Source of the DNA: Eutreptiella sp. 'Long Island Sound 2002'
Taxonomy: Eukaryota; Protista; Euglenida
Direction: 5' to 3'
Assembly: GCA_964036045.1 (NCBI GenBank)
Contig: OZ038378.1
Span: 120,776,001 to 120,840,000 of the forward strand
Length of the DNA stretch: 64,000 bases
The translations under genes were made by a program, and so were the position numbers. Below the pieces are notes generated by a model. That model saw nothing but the letters and a program-made list of their open reading frames with translations. It was not told the origin of the DNA and searched no databases. Within the stretch, counting starts at the first letter, position 1. The number at the start of each line of letters is the position of its first letter. Shown here one piece after another: positions 11,010 to 20,870 of this stretch.

Positions 11010-14000
11010 GCACGTGGGGATCACCAAGGTAGAAAACCCATGCCAAGCAGTGCAGACTGGGCCAAGGTACAATTTCGTTGAGATTTCGGGCTCACCAAGG
11101 CGAGTGTAGACCATCCGTCAATAATGATTTGAGGACAAGAAACCATGCCAAAAACTACAGTCATGTGTGGACTTGGCCATGGTAGTATTTCTTGGAGGGT
11201 TGGGGCCTCACCAAGACGAGTGTAGACCATCCGTCAATAATGATTTGACGACGAAAAAACATGCGAAACATTGCAAACATGTGTGGATTGGGTCATGGTA
11301 GTATTGTTTGCAGGGTGTGGGCCTCACCAAGGCGAGTGTAGACCATCCATCAATAATGATTTGAGGACCAAAAACCATGCCAAGCACTGCAAACATGTGT
11401 GGACTGGTCCATGGTAGTACTTTTTGGATTGTGTGGGGCTCACCAGGCTGAGTGTACACCATCCGTCAATAATGATTTGAGGACAAACAAACCATGCCAA
11501 GCACTGCGAACATGTGTGGATTGGGCCATGGTAGTGTTTTTTGGATTGTGCGGGGCTCACCAAGGCGAATGTAGACCATCCGTCAATGATTATTACCGGA
11601 CAACAAACCATGCCAAGCACTGCGAACATGTGTGGACAGGGTCATGGTAGTATTTCTTGGAGGGTGTGGGGCTCACCAAGGCGACTGTAGACCATCTGTC
11701 AATAGTGATTCGAGCACAAAAAAACATGCCAGGCATGGTTAAGATATGTGGACCGGGCCATGGTGGTATTTTTTGGATTGTGTGGGGCTCACCAAGGCGA
11801 GTGTAGACCATCCGTCAATAGTCATTAGGGCACAACAAACCATGCCAAGCACTGCGAACATGTGTGGATTGGGCCATCGTAGTTTTTTTTGGAGGGCGTG
11901 TGCCTCACAAGGCGAGTGTAGACCATCCCTCAATAATGATTTGAGCACAACAAACCATGCCAAGCACTATGAACATGTGTGGACTGGGCCATGGTAGTAG
12001 TTTTTAGATTGTGTGGGGCTCACCAGGCCGAGTGTAGACCATCCGTCAATAATGATTTGAGGACAAAAAACCAAGCCAAGCACTGCGAACATGTGTGGAC
12101 TGGTCCATGGTAGTACTTTTTCGATTGTGTGGGGCTCACCAAGGCGAGTGTAGACCATCCGTCAATGATCATTACGGCACAACAAACCATGCCAAGCACT
12201 GCGAACATGTGTGGACTGGGTCATGGTAGTTTTTCTTGGAGGGTGTGGGGCTCACCAAGGCGATGTAGACCATTTGTCAATAGTGATTCGAGCACGAAAA
12301 ACCATGCCAGGCATGGTTAAGATATGTGGACCGGGTCATGGTGGTATTTTTTGGATTGTGTGGGGCTCACCAAGGCGAGTGTAGACCCTCCGCCAATGAT
12401 CATTACGGCACAACAAACCATGCCAAGCACTGCGAACAGGTTTTGACCGGGTCATGGTAGTTTTTCTTGGAGGGTGTGGGGCTCACCAAGGCGACTGTAG
12501 ACCATCTGTCAATAGTGATTCGAGCACAAAAAACCATGCCAGGCATGGTTAAGATATGTGGACCGGGCCATGGTGGTACTTTTTGGATTGTGTGGGGCTC
12601 ACCAAGGCGAGTGTAGACCATCCGTCAATAGTCATTAGGGCACAACAAACCATGCCAAGCACTGCGAACATGTGTGGATTGGGCCATCGTAGTTTTTTTT
12701 GGAGGGCGTGTGCCTCACAAGGCGAGTGTAGACCATCCCTCAATAATGATTTGAGCACAACAAACCATGCCAAGCACTGCGAACATGTGTGGACTGGGTC
12801 ATGGTAGTTTTTCTTGGAGGGTGTGGGGCTCACCAAGGCGATGTAGACCATCTGTCAATAGTGATTCGAGCACGAAAAACCATGCCAGGCATGGTTAAGA
12901 TATGTGGACCGGGTCATGGTGGTATTTTTTAGATTGTGTGGGGCTCACCAAGGCGAGTGTAGACCCTCCGTCAATGATCATTACGGCACAACAAACCATG
13001 CCAAGCACTGCGAACAGGTTTTGACTGGGTCATGGTAGTTTTTCTTGGAGGGTGTGGGGCTCACCAAGGCGACTGTAGACCATCTGTCAATAGTGATTCG
13101 AGCACAAAAAACCATGCCAGGCATGGTTAAGATGTGTGGACCGGGCCATGGTGGTACTTTTTGGATTGTGTGGGGCTCACCAAGGCGAGTGTAGACCATC
13201 CGTCAATAGTCATTAGGGCACAACAAACCATGCCAAGCACTGCGAACATGTGTGGATTGGGCCATCGTGGTTTTTTTTGGAGGGCCTGTGCCTCACAAGG
13301 CGAGTGTAGACCATCCGTCAATAATGATTTGAGCACAACAAACCATGCCAAGCACTGCGAACATGTGTGGACTGGGCCATGGTAGTAATTTTTAGATTGT
13401 GTGGGGCTCACCAGGCCGAGTTCAGACCATCCGTCAATAATGATTTGAGGACAAAAAACCATGCCAAGCACCGCGAGCATGTGTGGATTGGGCCATGGTA
13501 GTGTTTTTTCGCTTGTGTGGGGCTCACCAAGACGAGTGTAGACCATCCGTCAATAGTCATTAGAGCACAACAAACCATGCCAAGCACTGCGAACATGTGT
13601 GGACTGGGTCATGGTAGTTTTTTTTGGAGGGTTTGGGGCTCACCAAGGCGAGTGTAGACCATCAGTCAATAATGATTTCAGCACAAAACCCACGCCAGGC
13701 ATGGTTAACATGTGTGGACCGGGCCATGGTAGTATTTTTTGGAGGGTGTGGGCGTCACCAAGGCGAGTGTAGACCTCCGTCATTGATGATTTGACGACAA
13801 AAAACCATGCCAAGCACTGCAGACATGTGTAGGCTGGGCTCTGGTAGTATTTTGCGGAAGGTGTAGGGCTCACCAAGGTGAGTGTAGACCATCCATCAAT
13901 AATGATTTGAGGACAAAAAACCATGCCAAGCACTGCAATCATGTGTGGACTTGGCCATGGTAGTATTTCTTGGAGGGTTGGGGCCTCACCAAGGCGATTG

Positions 14001-14755
14001 TAGACCATCCGTCAATAATGATTTGAGCACAAAAAACCATGCCAAGCATTGCAAACATGTGTGGATTGGGCCATGGTAGTATTTTTTGGATTTCTGTGGG
14101 GCTCACCAAGGCGAGTGTAGACCATCCGTCAATAATGATTTGACCACGAAAAAAGCATGCCACCCACCGCAAACATGTGTGGATTGGGCCATGGTAGCAG
14201 TTTTTCGCGGGTGTGGGGCTCACCAAGCCGAGTGTAGACCATCCCCCAATAGTCATTAGAGCACAACAAACCATGCCAAGCACTGCGAACATGTGTAGAG
14301 TGGTCCATGGTAGTGTTTCTTGGAGGGTGTGGGGCTCACCAAGGCGAGTGTAGACCATCCGTCAATAATGATTTGACCAAAAAAAAACATGCACCGCAAA
14401 CATGTGTGGACTGGGCCATGGTAGTATTTTTTGGAGGGTTTGGCACCTACTAGGGCGAGTGTAGACCATCCGTCAATAATGATTTGAGGACGAAAAACCA
14501 TGCCAAGCACCGCGAACATGTGTGGATTGGGCCATGGTAGTGTTTTTTGGATTGCGTGGGGCTCACCACGGCGAGTGTAGACCATCCATCAATAATGATT
14601 TGAGCACAAACAAACCATGCCAAGCACTGCAATCATGTGTGGATTTGGCCATGGAAGTATTTCTTGGAGGGTTGGGCCCTCACCAAGGCGAGTGTAGACC
14701 ATCCGTCAATAATGATTTGACCACGAAAAAACATGCCAAGCATCGCAAACATCTA
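11010..14755. repeat. 116-bp satellite array, ~32 monomers, with higher-order blocks
   Basis: CTCACC anchors at 11091, 11207, 11323 and 11439. The consensus includes GGGCTCACCAAGGCGAGTGTAGACCATCCGTCAATAATGATTTGAG and AAACCATGCCAAGCACTGCGAACATGTGTGGA. Confidence 0.95.
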
Positions 14756-14787
14756 TGGCGGAAGGGGGGCAGGGCGGAGGTTGGGGA

Positions 14788-14889
14788 ACCCGGCGCTCCG
14801 TGAGTGCGGTCCAGCATCGGGACCCTATGATTGGCCATAGCTGCCCATGGTAGCCGGGGCGGCTTCTCTTTGAAGAGTGGCGGAGCATT
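14788..14889 (-). repeat. 102-bp dispersed repeat containing GGCCAATCA (CCAAT box); inverted partner at 47390-47491
   Basis: Ungapped manual alignment shows 12 mismatches in 102 nt. Confidence 0.85.
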
Positions 14890-16136
14890 GTACATGAATG
14901 ACTTTTATATATGGGTGGTGGTGGTGGTGGTGGTGGTGGTGCTTGGAGGGGTGGTGAATTTGTCCCCCCCCTTTTTTTATATATTTAAGGTGTTTCGGGG
15001 GGGGGGCAGTCATTGTATGATCATCCCCAGGTATGGTGCACGCCTCACACCGGCGTGCGCACCCAAAATCGGCACCAAAAACGCTTCCGATGTCGGAAGC
15101 AATGCCCCATGAATGGTTGCAAATTGCTGACCACATTTGGGTGCCGTGCACCCACCGATCGCCCAGGTAAGCGCTTCCGATGTCGGAAGCGGCGCTCCCC
15201 CGTGGGCAGAGCATGATAGGACCCGTTGTTGACAATTTTGCCGCAAAAATGGAAGAATGACCGTCACCAAGGGTTGGCATGGTGGCAAGCATTTCGGTGC
15301 CAAAAATAATTTCAGTGTTGTGCGTTTGAGCGACATGTGAGGCGGCCGATGGTATTATTCGCAAGATTGCTCAATGTCACCTCGGATGCGCCAACGCCCC
15401 ACCGGCACCCTGGGCACACGGAGGACCGGTGGCCCTTGGGGCACTAAGTGCTGCTAGGGCACAACGGTAGCTAGCACGGCAAGGGCAGCAGACTGACCTG
15501 TGGAAGAAGCGCAAGGGCCCGGTGTCCACCATGTCGGCGATAGTGGAAACGAAAGAGGAAGAGCTCCTCCAAGCGAACGAGGATGTCATCAAGAAGGCCG
15601 GATGATGCGATATCTGCTGCAGACGGAGGACGGCATTGACAAGGAGCCATTGCGGAAGGGTTGGGCACTGGTGCCAAGAGCCAGCTACGAGGTTCTAAAA
15701 CGCCAAAAGGTACCCCCCCCCCCGCTTATTCCCTTGCTGCACGTGGCCTAGAAGTCTTCGATGTCACTGACATTGTGTTCTTGAGATTGCTCCCAAGTTG
15801 TCTTGATGTTCGCCGCGTCCGGCACGTCGCCCGTGTCGTGCTCTCACCGTGCCTGCAAAATTTTTTATGCGTCCACCGTGTTTTTCTCACAGAATGGGCG
15901 TCTGCCGCTGCTTATGGGCCCACCGTCGGTCGGCCTGTATCCTCCGCTACTGCCGCCACTGCCGCAACTACCGCAGCCAACCCCACCACCGTATCCCGCC
16001 GTGCAGGAGGACCCACATGCAAATTGCAAAGTCGGTTGGGAAGAATGGGAGAACGCGGAATTGGAGCAAGATGAGGCGTGCCGCGCCGAGTACAAGCAGT
16101 GGGAAGGGTGTGCATCGGACGATCGCCAGGGCCGCA

Positions 16137-16380
16137 CACGAGATGATGGCAAAGGCCCCCCCTGGGATGATGGCAAAGGTTGCGTGTACGCCGTTGGCAA
16201 GGGCTACGCGTGGGACGATGGCAAGAGCCACACATAGGCCCATGGCAAGGGCCGCACGTGGGATGATGGCAAGGGCCGCGCGTGGGTTATGGCAAGGGCG
16301 ACACGTGGGACGATGGCAAAGGCCGCACTAAGGACACTGGAAAAGGCCCCACATGGGACGACGGCAAGGGTCCCGTGGCA
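16137..16380 (+). repeat. Degenerate 24-bp coding-like repeat (xWDDGKGx)
   Basis: The GGGA(T/C)GATGGCAA(A/G)GG motif recurs about every 24 nt, at the end of ORF 15803-16237 and beyond its stop. Confidence 0.7.
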
Positions 16381-17444
16381 CGATCGCAAGCGTGACGACA
16401 GAGGCAAAAGAGCCATCCACAGCAGTGGAAATGGCCGAGTCGAAGAGAAGGACGGTGACGTGCCGCCCGAAGGAGGAGATGGGTTGTCAAGTGTATGCGT
16501 CAGGCACGTCTTGCACGTCTTATTCGTCCGGCTCCCATGTTGGCTCACGAGTGTCCTCTACGTCAAGCTCGTGTTGCACCTCTTTTTCGTCGGGCTCCCA
16601 TGTTGGCTCTGGAGCGTCTTGGTCATCGGGCACGTTCTCCGTGCTGGAAGCCGTCCGAGTTCCCTCTATCCTATGTGCTCTGCATGCTCCAGAGACGCGC
16701 TTCAGCTTGGGGAGCGCGTGCCCAAGGGCAAAGTGGAGGAACCCAAGTGGTCGCCCCCACGTAACAAGAGCACCCTTGGTGACACAACCTACGCAGCAAG
16801 TTCCGTCTGTGGCTCCAGAGGCAATGTATCGTGTTACGACCGTTGTGCGTGTTTTGTACATCAGGGACATGACCGGCTTCAAGGTTGTCCTCCGTGTCTG
16901 GCGCGTCCCAGTCGTTCCGCAGCAAGGTCCCGTGTGTACTCAAGCACTCCATGGCCACCTTAAACTCGTTGGTCTACACCGCCCTCAACCACACCCCTCC
17001 TTTCCTCCGCTGGGTGCCCCGAGTGGCCCGATGTGGACGGGTGGGTGGGCACACAAGCATCGCTGCCACAGCCACCCCGCGTGGAGATGATGCGATGCGG
17101 GACAAATAGTGCAACGCAACTCGTCGCCAATTGATGGGTCCGCTATGCATACGACAAATAGGGTGAGGTTTCAGTTCATAGCACCAGTTTTTTATACTCA
17201 TCAACTCCCACGCACCCTGCGGCTTGCGTTATTCTTGGTTTCATGTTTCTTGCATCATGGCCGGCGCTGCCTTTGGGACTACCGGTGTTTGGGATTTCTC
17301 GATGTTTCGCCTTTACATTTTGTCGATTTTCAAAGACTTGCCTCGGGCCCCTTTGCGGGTCTTGTACGTAATGTCATGGACGTGGTTTGACCAAGAATGG
17401 CAGAAAAATTGCATTGTGCCGTTTTGTTGAGGCCATTTGCCACA

Positions 17445-17670
17445 TTTTGCCAACCTTTCCAACAGGTTCCAAGAAGCTTGCAAACGCTTCCCCAACTTTC
17501 CCCGAAGTTTCCAAAAATTTCCCCAACTTTCCAAGAAGTGTCCAAACTTTTGCAAAAGTGTCCAAGAAGTCTCCAAACATTTCCTAAACCTTGCAACAAG
17601 TTTCTGACCTTTTCCAACTGGATGCGGAAGTTTCCACGATGGTTCCAAACGTTTCGAAGAACTTGCACGA
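17445..17670. repeat. ~11-bp periodic TTTCCAA-type repeat
   Basis: tttccaacag/ttccaagaag/tttccccaac/tttccaaaaa units. Confidence 0.65.
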
Positions 17671-18204
17671 GGGGATCTACAAAGCACTGTTTGATCACTT
17701 CCGTCACCATTGTTGTCAGGAGTGTCCTCCGTGTCCTGCATGTCCTACATGTCCTACACAATCATGCCTCTGGAGCTGTCAAGCGCTGTCAGCCACGTCC
17801 TACACGCCCTCCGTGTCCTCAAATTGTGTGGCTCCCGGGGTGTTGCACGTGTCCTACGTGGCACAGGCGTCACACAACACGCACGTTACAGTTTGTCAGT
17901 AGCTCACTAAAATGCCCAAGCTAGCCAACGTTGCGAAGGGTCCCTTTTCAAAGGCACAATGCGCCGCCAACATAGAATATGGCACCAAGCCTGGAAAGTC
18001 GCTGTTGGGGGTGTTCTCAATAGATGAGGTCAGCGACTACATGATATGACCAACTCAAGGGTTGCAAAGCACCCTTCTGCTAGTGGAACGCAAATACTGC
18101 CTCATGGACCTAGTGGAAAGGTAGGTTGTACGTCGCTCGTCGTCGACCGGTGGTAGCTTTAGCATTAGCGCTACCCTAGTGTACCACACTTCTTCGTTCG
18201 GTGA

Positions 18205-19350
18205 TTAGGTACAACGCCTTCCTCATATGGCTCCGCTAGGTGAGACCCATGCAAGCCGACGGGGTATGGGGGATGAACCACTTGGCTTACAACGGCTACA
18301 TGGCTAGCCTCTTACCAAGACGTAAGTACTCAAGCCTCCAGAAGGCCCTCCGTGCGTATGTGACGGACGTCTTGGAGGAATGCAACACCGCCTTCGCCGC
18401 TGCATGGGAGATCGGGGGGGGCAGTATGTGGGGACAAGGCTCTAGTTCCCCACACCGGGGAACGGAGCATTTGTATCCGCCGATACATTGCCCGCAAACC
18501 CCACTCCGCCTGCATCAAATTGTATGTCTTGTGTGACAACACGCATGGGAGACTTCTTGACGTTTAGCTCTATACGGTTCGACGTGGACATCTACGCCGT
18601 TATGGCTCGTGCAGCGGCCATCTCGATGCCAAAGGCATTCTTCATTTCTGGGCGATGCAAATCTTGCACACCACCGTGTTGTGTTGTGACTCCTTCTTCC
18701 GAAGCCACAACATAGTCCGGGAGCTAGCGGGAAACGGTCAACGGTTCCTCCTTCTTACAAAGCGGAAAAAGACGGATGAGACCTTGCATGAGGCCCAGCG
18801 GGCAACAAAGGAGGGGCAAGCCGCAAGGGTCGTTGTGAAGGGGGCGAAGTACGGAGCAGTGGTTTAGTAAAAACCCCAAGGCGGGACACAAGCGCCCACG
18901 GTTGGTCCCCTTCGTCACTAACTTGTGGTTCCCGGAGGAGGGACCCCAACATCGCTGGAGTGGTGAGGAGCTCAACTTGATGGTGGCTGTGTACCGGGAC
19001 TTCTCGCGGACTGTGGATGGTGCCCACCATATGGCCCTCCAAATGCAGCAGCTCGGACGGCAAATGACGTGGTCGCATGCCGTCCAGGCATTCATGCTTT
19101 GGTATGCCAGCGCCAACGCCTTCGCGGCGTGCAAGCGCTTGGGGCTCGTCGCCTCCGCGCTGAGCATGTGGGACTTCCAGTGGAGCATCCTCCTGCGGCG
19201 CTCCTTTGCGAAAGTTGGGGTGCGGGCCGTGCAACCAAGTGCACTGCACGGCCCAGTGAAGCGTTCCGCCGCCAGGGGAGCACCGCTTACGCATGTGCGG
19301 TATGTAGAAAGCACTTACACATCAAGTGCTTTGTGGCGGCCCACAACATG
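18205..19350 (+). mobile_element. Degenerate piggyBac transposase
   Basis: Motifs are in the canonical order: AVCGDKALVPHTG (D1), RRYIARKPHSACIKLYVLCDNTHG, VLCCDSFF (D2), MVAVYRDFSRTVDGAHHM (D3), RQMTWSHAV..ASANAF, then the C-terminal Cys-rich TAYACAVCRKHLHIKCFVAAH. Stops and frameshifts are present. TIRs and TTAA target duplication were not found. Confidence 0.85.
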
Positions 19351-19759
19351 TACTTTGTCGTGGACATACGGGGAATCAAGGAGACGGTGGTGCCGGTGGA
19401 GGCTTGTGCTATTCCCCCCTTCGGAGACCAGTGCGAACCCTGTGGGAAACCCTGCGTAGGCTGGATACCCAAGTATGAGGACGCCCCCCCCCCCCCCCCA
19501 CGCATACCGTCCTACGCTTCGTCCGCGTCCTACGTGTCGACTCCCGTCGCGGCTCTAGAACCACAAAAAATATCCTCCACATGATACACGTTCCTCATAT
19601 TGCAAACGTTTAGGCTTGATTTCCCGATGCCGCGCAGAACGTGTTGGTGGGGCTCTAGCAATAAATGGATGGTCCAAAGCCAAAGGAATGTGAACAAATG
19701 TCCTATTCTCCCCTCCCATACACCGCGGCAATTGCTTGTACAAGAACGCCCGCGTCATT

Positions 19760-20870
19760 GCTTAGTGCAACAACCGTAGTTCTTCTTCCAGCTCTGTCCC
19801 AAGCCCACCTTCCCGTGCACAGGCAACAAGAAAGAAGTTTTTTGGTATTGCATTCATGGATTCCACTACATCCCCAAAGAACATGGCCAATGGCCATGGC
19901 TTGATATTTTTCATAATGCGGCGTGCATTTTTTTGCAACCACAGGAAATACAATGAGCGCCCATTGGGCATGATGGCGGCATGGAAGCGCCTTGCTATCT
20001 TGCGGCATTTGAGGGTCTTCGCATTGAATTTGGTGCTATACATGTTACATAGCAAGCTGTACATCCCTGCCACTGCGTGGAGGGTCTCAGCGTCCACACA
20101 GAGGAGTTTGGACAATTTTGCCCATGGTTTTAGAAGGTTCCATGTCTCCTCACCACCCGGGGCGCCGACACCTCCGAAGCTCATCCCTATCTTTGACCGC
20201 CTCAGTACAACATTAATTTTCTTTGGCGTAACCCGCTTGAGTCTTTTTTGCCCGTCTCCTAATGAGCAACATCAAATACTTCCCCGTACACATAAGCAAG
20301 TTCAGGATACACAACACAACCAACATGTACCGGTCCCCAAGCTTGAGCACTGGTTTTGATACCCAACCCCCCATTGATGTCAATTTGTTTCCCTCGCGCT
20401 CTTTGTTGCGAATGGCCCTCCGGCACTTGAGAGACAGCTGCCGCTCCGTAGCCAGGGATCTTTCAACGTCAGTCTCCACCCATCTCTTCCCGTTCACCCA
20501 CATAGCATAGTTATTCAAGCCCCCAATTGTCCACGAAAGGGACAAACCGAATACATGATGGAGCCAACGGGAATCTGCTCCTACAATGGGACGGCATTTG
20601 CTGTATGCGCCACATATGTAGGTACAATGCTTTGTTGTCCAGAACCCATTGTAAGATTGTCAAGTTTACCCCCATGAGACGGCGAAGTACATCCCTCTCA
20701 TGCTCCGAGCACGATACCAAGTCTATTGTCTAATTAAAACCCACCGACCTTGCCAAGTCCATGTCATTGGCAACCCCGAGTGTAAGCTAACACCATGATT
20801 GGGCACCACACAAGTACCCATCTCCCCTGATTATGAGGACCATCTCCTCATCCTACCCAAGGAACTCCAT
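19760..20870 (-). mobile_element. Degenerate DDE transposase, Transib/RAG1/Chapaev-like (copy 1)
   Basis: VLIIRGDG (D1 ~20817-20831), CRPIVGADSRWL (D2 ~20570-20581), VVLCILNL (CxxH with H>N), GGEETWNLL and LAMFFGDVVESMN (E ~19860). Two frameshifts and several stops. Confidence 0.7.

Noticed and set aside
11010-14755. CRISPR-like appearance and many short ORFs (MVYTRLGEP...)
   Set aside because: The whole 116-bp unit is repeated with no unique spacers, and the ORFs are translation artefacts of the satellite.
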